Position numbers and translations under genes: made by a program. The notes under the pieces are model-generated. The model was not told the origin of the DNA and searched no databases. It was given only the letters and a program-made list of their open reading frames with translations. From assembly GCF_001194135.2 (NCBI RefSeq), contig NC_068993.1, forward strand, positions 730,730-794,729: 64,000 nt of DNA, written 5' to 3'. Origin of the DNA: Octopus bimaculoides (Eukaryota). Below are positions 25,150-37,393 of this stretch, in pieces (the stretch's first letter is position 1; each line of letters opens with the position of its first letter).

Positions 25150-25830
25150 ACTTGTTCTGTTGCACTTGTTACTGTCTCCTGTTATTTCCTTGAAACATTA
25201 GTCTGTTGCTTCCTATGAACTCCTTGGTTTTTTTCTTCTACAGTTTCCTTCCACATGAATCACTTGACACTTCTTCACTGTCATCTTTCATCCTCTCTTG
25301 CATGTTACATCTGATTCCTCTTACAGTTTTTCTCTCTCGGCTATTTTGAATTCTGTTATTCCTGCACACTAAACATCGTTCATCCAGTGAAGCATGCTTA
25401 CCTCCCAGTTGTCACACTTCTACCACATTCAAGGCTTGTGTTTCACTACCATGTAGCACTGCACTTTGTACACCTATATCATACAATCTGACCTTCATTT
25501 TGAGAGAGGTTAACAGCTTCCCCCAATTTTTTCACCATTACTTCTTGCTCTGGTTACTATGCTCTCAGAATGCCCACTTCTTCTCTTAATTTGGTCACCC
25601 AAGGAATGTTATATCCATCAACTGCTTCCAAGCATTTAGACACCTTTATTTTGCTGGTGTTCTCTTTGTTAACAACTCTTGTGTGTCTGCTCCATCTGGT
25701 GTCTTCCTTCTCTGCCTGCTACAGATCTCACCTTCTTTTCACTCTCCACAATTCACATTGACTGCACTTGTTGGAATTCTTACTTTTCTTCTCTTGTAGT
25801 TTGACCATGACCACATTCTGACTATAAAGT
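25150..25830 (-). mobile_element. Degenerate RTE-clade LINE fragment (post-RT region)
   Basis: Minus-strand frames give LEAVD...LGDQIKRRSGHSESIVTRAR and KVRLYDIGVQSAVLHGSE, matching the RTE motifs LEVVDSFxYLGD and KGRLYxxCVRxxMLHGSETW. Confidence 0.75.
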
Positions 25831-28493
25831 CCTGTCTTCTATTTTGTTTACCAAGTTTACTTTTAAGGGCTCTTGATCTTAGAATTTGCTTTGACATTTG
25901 GAATTTCTTGAATTCTATGGCACATTTAGCTGGCAGCTAAGTTATAGGTGTACAGGAGTTTCTGCCAATATTGAATTCCTCTCTTATAATCAGAGACCTC
26001 TAATAATAAACAAGAGGGGGATTAGATGGACAAGTACCACTTGTACTGGTTTACTCTCAGTTCAGAACTCCTTTAGTTGCCTCTCACCAGGAAGAGGGTA
26101 TTGAGTGTACGTACTTTCTTTAGAATAGTTAAGGCAGTTTCATATTTCGTGAAGTATAAAGTTTTTGTGATTAAAATTGGTTGTCATTTTTCTGTTAATT
26201 ATGTTTTAATTTGTTCAAAAGCTCTGTGTTAACATTCCTAGATTTTGTAAAATTCTAATTGAGGCACTGGAGTTGGCACAGAGGCAGAGAGAGTGCCACA
26301 ATTGATTCTTGCTGGCATCTCAAGTTTTGATATTGAAGTTCAAATCACACCTAGTTCAATAATTCCTCTGTGATAAGAACCAGATGTGTGTCTTCAACAT
26401 GTGATGCTGTCAGATGACAGGATGTCTGATACAGCAGCAGAGTTTGAAGGTGAATCATACTGTCAAAGCTGTTCTGTCTCACTTGGTTAATGCTGCAGTA
26501 AGCTGCAGTTATGGGAACCAAAATTCTTGTGTGAAATTATGATGATGATGGTGGTGGTGGTGGTGATGGTGGTTTACATAGATCTGGAATTTGATATTTT
26601 TCAAGGTGAAGAGAAACAGAAAGTTATGATGTTCCTGTCTTTTACTGGGACATTAGTAAGATGAGAGAAATGGGGATCAGATTTATGTAACAAAAAGATT
26701 CTCTGCAATCAATATTATTGCTAAAGTAATTTCTTATATAGATGTAAGGCTTCATATTTTTAGAGAATAGGAAGTTGTGATGTTCATGTCTTTCTTTTTT
26801 TTTTTTTTTTCACTGGGACATCGGTGATATGTGAGAGGATTCCAATTAGAAAGTGAAATTGTATCGTTAGCCTAATTCACTGAAAACTTATTCCTGCACT
26901 ACACCACCCACTGTTTTGATAATGATGATGATGTTGTAAGATGAATTTCTTAAAAAATACTAAAGATTTCTTGTAGAATATTAAATAATTATCATCAAAG
27001 AGGAAAATAAGAGTAAGTAGAATTGTTCACTTGAAGAAAAACTGAAAAAAAATCTTCATTTATTTCTATTTGTAACGAACAATTTGAATTATGGTTTTAA
27101 TTTCTATCTCGTTTCTGATTTTANNNNNNNNNNNNNNNNNNNNNNNNNNNNNNNNNNNNNNNNNNNNNNNNNNNNNNNNNNNNNNNNNNNNNNNNNNNNN
27201 NNNNNNNNNNNNNNNNNNNNNNNNNNNCACACGTATACACTTTACCAATTCTTGTTAGTAATCACTTCTTGTAGAGAGAACACCAACTGTTAAAATGTTC
27301 TCACCAATGCCGTTCTTTAATCTCACTAACATTGGTCAAGAGGATTGTTTTCTTGAGGAGATATATCTGACAGCAAACTCTGATTTTGCTGAAGGTCATT
27401 ATTATGTTTCGTCAGATCTTCTTCACCAATTGCAATGACCGTTTAGGTTATATGATGTTGTGTCTGTGGATGACCTCACTTTAATACAAAGCGGAAACTG
27501 TGAGACTCTGTTTAATTGTGTGCAGATGTCTTAATTTTTAGAGATTCTTTTAAACTTGGATCTGCTTTAGTGGTTTCTGTGGCCTTTGGTCAGTGAAAAT
27601 GTCTGGACTTTCAGGAAATCAGAAACTGGTTTCAATAAATTTTTATATTTGTTTGTTGGTTTTTTTCAGCTGACAACTGCTCGGGTTTGGCTTTGAATGA
27701 ATTTTTGTTTAATGAGAAAGAGTTCATTCTTTTAAGATCCATAGCAAGTATCCAGATTAATAGCCATTGCTAATGCTAAAACAGATCCTTCTCCTCTTCC
27801 TCCTCCTCCTCCATAAAGATTAAATTGATATATTTAGTTTCTTGTCTTTTGACAGCACACTGACCGAAATAATTTAAACGAAGACTGCTAATTAACCCTT
27901 GCTCTGTTTTATTTGTTCTAATTGTCATCACATATAATTACATATTGTAGTGGACAGCTTTTTAATGATTCCTAATTCAGGCCATCTCACCTGTTTGTCA
28001 CACTCACACCTTGTCTGTTTACTATGGCATTAATATTAGATTGAGTGTTCTCTAAAGACTTCCTCTCCTGTCTTCCTGTTGTCTCTTGGCTTATGTAATT
28101 ATCACCACATAAGCCTTCTATCGAATTTCTTCTCATAAAAGCAATCTACTCCAGCTTCTGATTCCTCATGAATTCATTTTCAGACTTTACCTGCAGTTTG
28201 TAAACTGCAACAAGCTTTTAACTAATGTTGGAATTTTCTGACTTTTATTTAAAAGTGACTTTGAAGGATTTGGTTCTTGAAACTGTTGATTTGGATGAGA
28301 CTAGAAAATAGCTGTGAATCACTTGTAATCTTTAAAACAGGAAAATAAAAAAGTTGAATTTAATTCTTCCATGTAGAATGGTAGCATTTTTTGCTATGGC
28401 TGAATAACTGGATGGAAAATCTTTAGGTTTTTAGTGAAGAACTGAAGATGGGATGAAATGATGTTGTATTGACAGTAAAACAAGTCTAAGAAT

Positions 28494-28639
28494 GATATAC
28501 CCTCCAGCCTTCATCAGGTGTCTTGGGGAAATTTCGAACCTGGGTTGTCATTCCTAAGGTATGCCCATAGGCATATGGTGTAGTGGTTAAGAGCGTGGGC
28601 TACTAAGCTTAAGGTTCCAAATTTGATTCCAGGCAGTGA

Positions 28640-28671
<32 letters not shown>

Positions 28672-28817
28672 TTAAAAAAAATACCTTAGGAATGAGAACC
28701 CAGGTTAGAACATTTCTCCAAGACACCTGATGAAGGCTGGAGGGTATATCAGCCAAAACGTGTTAACAACAAACAAGATGAGGACAAATATCTGTCAAAT
28801 GTAAATAATTCCTCATC
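28494..28817 (+). mobile_element. Composite element: inverted arm, tRNA-derived head, (AAT)n, then arm with hammerhead-like tail
   Basis: Arms 28494-28562 and 28681-28750 are reverse complements with 4 differences. A-box TGGTGTAGTGG at 28576-28586. CTGATGA-A-GGCTG..CAGCC-AAAAC at 28727-28759. Confidence 0.75.
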
Positions 28818-29094
28818 ACTTAAATATAGAACTGTATTAACTTACATTTAATTTGAGTCAGAATTGGTATATTTTTTGCTGCCTTTGGCCTCAAGAAACC
28901 CAGTAATTCTTTTCAACTCTGACTGCACCACTTTGTTGGAGGGGGAGGGTCTAAGAGAACAAACACCAAAGGTTGAGCTGGCCAGAAGTAGTAAATGTCT
29001 GGTTCTTAAACACCAGCCAAGAAATTGGAAGCTTCCTGGAACTGGAAGTATTAGCAATTGCTTTTTTAAACCTGGCTGTATTTATCTTATCTCT

Positions 29095-29425
29095 TTTTTT
29101 ATCTTTCACTTGTTTTAGTCATTGAACTGTGGCCATGCTGGGGCACAACTTTGAAGGGTTTAGCTGAATCTGTCACCCCAGTTCTTATTTTCTAAGCCTG
29201 GTACATATCCTGCCAGCACCTTTTGCCAGGCTGATAAGTTATGGGGACGTAAACAAACAAACACCCCCCTCTCTCTCTCCCTCCCCATGAGGAGCTTCTT
29301 TTTGATTTCTGTCTAATAAATCCACTAACTAGGCTTTGGTCAGCCCAGGGGCTAAAGCCGAAGACACTTGCTGAAGGTGTCATGCCGTGTGCGACTGAAC
29401 CCAGAACCATGTGGTTGGGAAGCTG
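29095..29425 (-). mobile_element. tRNA-derived SINE, family A
   Basis: Shares the tail (tttcagtcatt..gtggccatgctgg) and head (gaacccagaaccatgtggttgggaag) with 13520-13895. Confidence 0.7.
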
Positions 29426-30871
29426 TACCTGAAGATCTCGGCTGTTTGGAGTCTGCAAGTGTCAGGAGATGCGAAAGGAATGACGTTAAGAACGAATAAA
29501 AGAAACCCCCCCCGAAAAAAGGAGGTTAAAAACTGATGGTTTGTGCAGAGGCCATTAATCAATTTGATGTGACCTTTTCAATAACATCAATGCTATATTG
29601 AGCCTTGTGATTTAATTCTTTGTGTTGTATTCTAACCACATTTAACAGCATTTTCTAATAGATGTGTGGAGAGATGGGGAGGGGGCAGTTCTTTGTGTTA
29701 TCTCAGTTGGTAAGTGTAGTGGCAGCAGCAGCGGTGGTGGTGGTAGTAACATTTGTTGTGGAGTTTAAACATGATATAAATATATAAAGAAAGGTAGACA
29801 CACAGGTACATTGATATATGTAATGCTATTTTCTTTTTGAGCTTACAGGACAGCCTCTATAGAGTCCTTTGATCTGCTAGAAATAGGAGCCAAATCTCTC
29901 TCAATCCACATCTTCCTGTTTAAAAAACAAAAGCAGGCATGTTATATAATATTGTCTTGGGCTTCCTGCACATTGGAAAAAGACAGAAGGTCATGGTTGG
30001 AAGGCTTTTGATTCTAAATTTTCTTGATCAAAGCTGACTTAGGGAGGTTATACCACCACCACTCTCCTCCTCCTCCACTGCCACTACTACCACTACTTTT
30101 TCTCTAAATTTAAAATAGCAGACATTACTAGTTAAGACATTCTCCAGGTTGCTGCTGCTGCCATTATCAACTCTTTTTCAATTCTTGCCTCCAATCAGAT
30201 TCAATCCTGTCACACAATTGCAATTATAATGTGGAAGGCTTTTCACGAAATCAACGTGGAGTAGGAGTTGAGAGGGAGTGTGTTATTGAATATTTTTATT
30301 TTGTAAGGAGTTTGTGTGAAATAAAGACCTTAACTTTGCACTGAGTAACATCAGAACCAGATCATTAATCAGACGACATGTCTTACACTTGTTGAATTAA
30401 TTAATTTTGCAGCAAGTATTTTTCTCTTGCTGCCTGTCTGTCTATACTCCTGCTTTCTTCACAATGAAAGGTATTCCATTTCGGATAGAGCTGAGTGGAG
30501 AATGGTTGGAATCTCACTGCTGTGACGTCTGGCTGTGTACTCTAGTAACCAGTATTGTATGTCTAGGTACCCTAGGTGCTGTGTGACAGGCTACTCTTGC
30601 AGTAGTCAATGTTTGAGATCTAACAGGATACTGTGTGGTTGAACTATTAGAAATAGCAGCCAAATTTTCAAAATTTCCTTTTATGTACTCCCTCCCCCAA
30701 CTTATACATTAATCCATGATAGTGGTTTTCCTTAGGTGCATACATAGCAGTTGTGTGGTTAACAAGCTCTCTTCTCAATCCCATGGTTCCAGGTTCAGTC
30801 CCACTGCATGGCACCTTGAGTGTCTTCTGCTATAGCTCCCAAGACCAGTGCAAACCTTTCAAATGTATTTG

Positions 30872-31100
30872 AAAGGTGCATGGTTTAGTGGTTAAGGTGT
30901 TGCACTCGCGGTTGTAAGATCGTGGGTTCAATTCCCAGACTGGGTGTTGTGTTGTGTTCTTGAGCAAAGCACTTCATTTCACGTTGCTCTGCAATCATTT
31001 TGGCAGCAAACATTTTGATCACTATAAACATATCGTCTGCATGGTTGTTTGGTAAGAAATTGTCGAACCCTCATACATCGTCTAACGACGGGAGACTCCG
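30872..31100 (+). mobile_element. tRNA-derived SINE, family B, internally deleted
   Basis: tggtttagtggt A-box and gggttcaattcc B-box. The 3' end matches 59135-59210 in reverse. Confidence 0.75.
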
Positions 31101-31226
31101 TCATATGTATGTGTGTGTATGTATGCATGTAACCCTCATACATCGTCTAACGACGGGAGACTCCATCATATGTATGCGTGTAACCCTCATACATCGTCTA
31201 ACGACGGGAGACTCCGTCGTATGTAT
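31066..31226 (+). repeat. Three tandem copies of a SINE 3'-end unit
   Basis: aaccctcatacatcgtctaacgacgggagactcc(g/a)tc starts at 31066, 31131 and 31182, with microsatellite spacers. Confidence 0.9.
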
Positions 31227-31399
31227 GTGTGTGTATGTATGCGTGTGTATGTACGTGTGTATGTATGTGTAAATAAGTGTAAGTACTGTGGACAAGGCTG
31301 CGTGGTGTTGAATTATAAAAAAATAAAAAAATACACATTAAGTACAGGACATCACCAACTAGTGGAAAGCATGTAAGCACACGAGAGTTAAGTATGTCA

Positions 31400-31770
31400 T
31401 CGTCGTTTAACATCCGCTTTCCATGCTGGCATGGGCTGGACAGTTTGACTGAGGGCTGCCAAGCCATAAAGCTGCACCAGGCTGCAATCTGATCTGGCAA
31501 TGTTTCTACAGCTGGATGCCCTTCCTAACGCCAACCACTCCGAGAGTGTAATGGGTGCTTTTACGTACCACCAGCATGAGGGCCAGTCAGGCAGTTCTGG
31601 CAACGATCACGTTCAAAAGGTGTTTTTTTTATGTGCTACCTGCACAGGAGCCAGTCTGGCGGCACTCGCAATGACCTCGCTCGAATGTGCTTTTAACGTT
31701 CCACTGGCACAGGTGCCAGCCGGGCAGTATTGTCATCGGCCACATGAGCGATTTTGGTTTCACTTGCCTC
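31400..31770 (-). mobile_element. RTE-tail family repeat
   Basis: Reverse complement of the 6478-6752 family (gctggatgcccttcctaacgccaaccactccgagag). Confidence 0.8.
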
Positions 31771-34700
31771 AATAGATCGTGTGTGTGTATATGCATGTAT
31801 GTATAGAAAATGAATACAGGAAATGTAGTCAGTATTATCACTTAGCATAATGCACATGTTTCATGAGATTGGCAGACATCAGTAATTTGGTTATGGGAAC
31901 ATTTTGCTGGTAGCATTACTCAACAAAAATACAACACAAAAGAAAAATCGCTTTTATGTATCAGTGTGTGTGAATAAGAACAGTTATTATAGGGGGAGAG
32001 GGGGAGAAAGTATGACAGGGGTGTGATTGGGGGGTGGGGAATCTTGCACAAAACAATATCAGCGACAATAACAACAACAATAGAAATAAAAATGTAGTAA
32101 AAATAATGGGAAATAAAGGAAAGCTTAGAAACAGTCTTCGGTCAGTGGTGGCCATTGCAGGAAGAAAGAGAAAGAATACAATGAAAAACAAAGCAAAAAA
32201 ACCTTGGCTTTGATGATTTGTGGCACTCCTATAAAGAAAGAGTTTAGCTGAGAGAAGGTGGCCAGGTTCAGGAGATCTTAAAACTGGCCATTGTGGAAAT
32301 GTGGTTTGGTGTTAGAAGTCCCCCCCCCCCTCCACACAATCCTATATCAATGAATGCACTCAAACACACAAACCCAAACAAACTCATAATGTGTGATAGT
32401 TCCTAAGCTGTGGGACACCTGTACAATCTCCAAATGAATGCACAATAACAAGAGTAATAACGGTTTCAAATTTGGTGGGGGGATGGTTTTGAACCTCTTG
32501 CCAGAAGACAAGTGTAAAGCAATGGTTATTATCAAGGAAACCTCCAACTCTGGGCCATTGCAAGCAAATTAAAACAGCTTCAGGTTTATGATGTAACTGG
32601 AAGCAATCATCTAATCTGGGTTTATTGTCTACACACACACACCTTGCATGACAGAGCTGCTCAAAAAAATGGAATGCCATGTGAAATTATTGCAGAGATA
32701 AACTAGACAGGCAAGGAAGTGCCACTGTCAATAAAGTGCATGTTTATCTTGAATGAATGGTTTATGGTATACTCTGCCATATCAACTTGGTCTACTAAAA
32801 AGCTCTAAGAATCATAAAAATTCTACGTGAATCAACCAAAACCTTGTCATCAACATTTTACATGAGATGCTTTAACAACAGGATCTTATAAAATATGTGA
32901 GTTCCAATCTGTCGGAATTAGAGATATGCTTCCACTGTACCAGTAAAGCCATTTTCTATAAATGGAATAATTCTTTCCCACCTGTACACACCCACTCACT
33001 TCCTGGTGCCAAGATCAACACATTAGATAGAACACTATGGCACTTTGCTATAAATATATGGAAACAGACTTGCAGAAGTCTTCATTTGAAACCATTTTAG
33101 TTGACTGGAAAGTGTGCAAATATCTTGTTACTCACCAAAATGTAGGAAACCAGTAATTAACTTTATGGACACCATTTTCAGTTTCTATATCCAATGATGC
33201 TGTTCTTCAAGAATGCATGTAATGAACCCCCCCCCCACCAATNNNNNNNNNNAATGAACCCCCCCCCCACCAATATGTATCTTTTGGATACATATTTGGA
33301 GTGGGGGGAGATTTATTACATATATGTCTGTGTATACACTTCAGGAATGTCTGTGTCTATTTAATACAGGTGTATCTGTTTCTCTATCCACATTTGTATG
33401 TACATATATAATGTGTGTGTGTGTGTGTGCGCACACGTCAAGAATATGCTCCATGTATCCATGCTAAAACTATAAATATTAAAAATAATTCCCACCAATT
33501 CATTATAATGATGCTAATTGAATCCATGAAATTCAATATAAAATACAGTAAACAGCTTAATATTTTGATGTTAGACAGACAGACATTTTTCTATAACCTC
33601 CGACCTGTGTGTGTGTGTGTTGTGGTATGGTTATAGCATGAGTGTGAGGGTGTGTTTGTTGGAGAACTGATATGTAGACAAACACACCTCCTTCATTGCA
33701 AAGTTGAGTACTGCACACACACACACACACACACCAAGGACTTGCACAAAGTTTCCATTTGCCATATTTCACACTGAAGCCACTGGTTAACTTGAGGTGC
33801 TGCACATTGTGATTGAACCCAAAACATTGTAGATACACATTATGATTGAACCCATGACATTTGTAGATATTTTAGCATTTATATTATCGAATGTAATCCT
33901 TATTTATTCCCATTGTTTTGAATTAATCATGGATTGTCTTGTAGCTTTAAGATTTTGATTGTTTATTTTTAGAACAACATTTTAGGGTAGGTGTGAGAGG
34001 CCAGATCTGGTTAATTTGAACATAAAACAGGTGGAATATTTGGACCAGATGTGGTTAGTTTAACTGGTAAAGGGTTAAAGATTATTCTAGAATCTAACAT
34101 GGTACATAGAACATCTCAAGTCTCCTCACCTTACTGTAACTATGGCTTTGTTGTACAGTATCTTTCCATATATCTCAGCTGCTTGGAGCACTAACGTTTT
34201 CTAATTCTTCCTCCAAATGATTTCTGTATTTCTGAGAATACTGTTTTGCTGGACATAATCCCAAATCCTTTGATAACCCTCTATTCTTAAATTACGAATC
34301 CTTTTTAAAGCAAACTTATCTTTTACAAAAATTTGAACAACTGAATTATTTTTCTGTAAATTTCTGTTCCATAATTTCCTGTATAAGACTTAAGAATTTT
34401 CATTGCACTTTGAGCAAACTGATAATTAAAAAAAAAAAAAAAAAAAGTCAGTATTATTATTTTGTATGACTTTCATGAGTGTTAATAAAGAATATAATAG
34501 ACTGTAATCTTAATTATTTTATAATACTCTCATTAATTTTAATATAGAATAGTTTACAGTCCTTTCTAATTATTTACCTGTATTTTGACACTGAAATTTG
34601 AGAATCTTTTTTTTCTTGGATGATATTTCTTTCTCTTCAGCTGTTCCTTCCCATCTATTCCATTATCTCAATTTTGTCTATTACTTCCTAATAGTAATGT

Positions 34701-36399
34701 TTCCAGGTTACCAAACACCCTCGTCTATTTTTAAAATTGAAACTATCTTCATTAAATCTTTATTGACTAAAGACTCTACAGCCGTTGACTTTGATTTCCA
34801 TGTTGAACTCTGGAAGACAGATGTTTCTGGTGAGGTTTTTTTAACCACCTCAGCTGCCTCAAGAGAACTACCAACTCCAATGTCAGCCTGTTCATTTATT
34901 TGTCATCGCATGAAATGTGAGTCAGCAGTTTCAGTTCACTCCTGACAGCACGGAAAGCATTTGAAGCTCAAGGAAATCTAGTCTATCCATAAAGGTCACA
35001 TTACAAATGTAACCCAACTTTTATTCTTTTCCCTTCACCTTACTGCTATTACTGCTGTTGCAGTCTGTGCTACACAAGAAAATAACAGGTTTCTTTTGCA
35101 ATTAACCTGTTATATTTGTTTTTGATGTTGTAATAGTTTTATTTTAATCAATGTGACCAATGGATTAAAGGATCTTGTCACTGGTGAGATCATTTGTTTG
35201 TCCTGTATGTGTGCAGATTGTAAATATTTTGTTAATCTCTTCAAGTCAGTGCAGCTGAGATGGTCATCTTATTATTACTTGTCTGGTTTGTCGGCTTGAT
35301 TAAATTGCTTCGATTAACAAAGGATCTCTCTCTCTCTCTCTGTATATATACACATATATATATCTCTGTGTGTGTGTGTTCTGCTAGCTATAGTCAATTT
35401 GTTCCTTCAGGTGATGGTCTTTCTCAATGACTTTGCTGTTCTCTCAACTGAGTTAATGCAATTTGAAGACTTGCAAAGTGAGTGCAGTGTCAGGCTGCTG
35501 CTAATGCAATTGTCCTCTCCATCCATTAGTTGCACTGCAATTGAGTCTAGTGTTTCTACTTACTCTTCCACTACATACTGAACAAGCTTACCTTCCTGTT
35601 GTTAGTGATGTGTGCAGATTAGATGACGAGAAAAAACCCCCCCAAAAAAAACATACTTTAATCTTTACAATGTCACTCTTATCGTTTTTTCATTTTAAAC
35701 CACATTACAGCATTTCTCACTTTTATTCCTTCTGATTAAAAGTACCAAATAGTTTTTTAAATGCAAAACTTCTTTAGAGCACCCGATCCAAAATAGAGTT
35801 GTACTAGCTTCATGTATCATACTTAGTAGAGTTAACGTAAGCTGTTGTTGGTCCATTGATTTTTCTAACAGATGGCTCACACACATGCACTCACAGTTAC
35901 ACACTCACACACACACCATGGCACATTGTAATCCAATCACTATAAAATAATATTCTGCAACTCTAACGTGGAGGTTAAGAAAAGATTATGAATCAATCGA
36001 CAGCTACCCGGGCATTTGTTTGCAGTTAGAAATGGAAGAATATCGATGTGAGAAATATTGAGGTTGTCTGTTGTTTTTTCCCTCTCCTCAACACCAGAAG
36101 ATTCTCCACACAGTTTTCCTCTGAAATGTTAAGAAAATCCCAGCAAAACTGCTGCTGTGTTCTTTACAAAGCTTCTTGCAATGTAAAAATAACGTTTAAA
36201 GTTAGTCGAAAACCAAGTTGAAGTCCTTATCAGTGTTAATGTAGTTCAGAGACCAACAACTAATTTTTATAATGGCCTTCTGTGGAATTTTGCTTTACAT
36301 CTGCCCATGGACCACATCTATCTGACATATAAAAATACCCCTATGTATCACTGGTATTCCTTACATAAGTAAAAATTAAGTTGCGACACAAAAGGCTAT

Positions 36400-36520
36400 C
36401 TAAAAGCCATCAGCTGCTCATTGGCTCACAAATCTATTAAATTTTAAGCATTTTTAGAAAAAGTCAGGCCCGTAGAGAACCCGAGCGTCTCATCTGGGAA
36501 TTGTAGCCCACCTGTTGCTG
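36400..36520. promoter_or_regulatory. Possible alternative promoter or enhancer with a ZNF143/Ronin-type motif
   Basis: CTGGGAATTGTAGC (36494-36507) is the reverse complement of GCTACAATTCCCAG, a 13/14 match to ACTACAATTCCCAG. Nearby are an inverted CCAAT (ATTGG, 36420-36424), E-box CAGCTG and a few local CpGs. Confidence 0.35.
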
Positions 36521-37359
36521 ACATTCTAGTCAAACTCTCTGCCAACAAATAAAAAAAACAAAAAGGAAATTAATGGAAAAGATCATTAATTAAAGTTGGT
36601 TAATTTAGATCAGTTTGTGTGGCATCTGGAGATGTACCAAATGTTTTGTGCAAATACTTCTTCTCTACGTGTCATACAAACTTCCAATAACTTGCTACCA
36701 TCTTTTGCTGCAACTAATTACTGATATCTGAATCTTCGTTACTCTCTCCTTAGCAGCTCTAGTTTAGTTTTCTTCCTCTCCGTTAATAGTTGTTTCTAAA
36801 TATTCTTTTAATAGTGACAACTCGGTCTTTCTGGTCTTGTAGACTGTTCTGGAAATGGTAATGAAAAGTTCTGTCCTATCTTCTAATAAGTCTGTCATAA
36901 TGTCTAAACATATTCTACAGATGTCAAATGGTGAGGGTAAAACATAGAACCTGTGTTATAATACAGGTCCCTCCTCTTCATTACCCTTATCTTGCACCCT
37001 GTGGTTTACAAGACTGACCCCATTAGTGCTGGTGACACCATGAAAAAGCATCCCCAATTCTCCCTGCCAAGTGATTGATGTTAGGAAGGGCATCTCTGGC
37101 TGTAGAAACTGGGCTAAAACTTATTGAAGCTGTACCCTTAGTCAGATGCCTTTCCAGTCACCAACCCTTGATTTTCAAGTAACATACATTTCTATTTCAC
37201 TGGCCTTCACACCCTGAAAACACTGAGCTAGTCTACATTATTATTTATGGCAAAGGTGCCCAGCCCTGCCATAACAAAGTGTGGCTTATTTTTTTTTGTT
37301 TTTATATCCTGTATTTTGTGAACAACACTTGTCTTGGTCATGGCTTTCTAATAGGCCAA

Positions 37360-37393
<34 letters not shown>

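Noticed and set aside
27290-27530. Protein-like frame (EDCFLEEIYLTANSDF...) and similar stretches at 32640-33100 and 34740-34950
   Set aside because: Short, interrupted and unrecognisable; indistinguishable from chance without a search.
28565-28640. tRNA-like A/B-box sequences here and at 4178, 30872 and 59440
   Set aside because: No complete cloverleaf; they continue into SINE bodies, so they are not tRNA genes.
33222-33273. Direct repeat aatgaacc(c)nccaccaat flanking a 10-N gap
   Set aside because: Typical contig-overlap assembly artefact.
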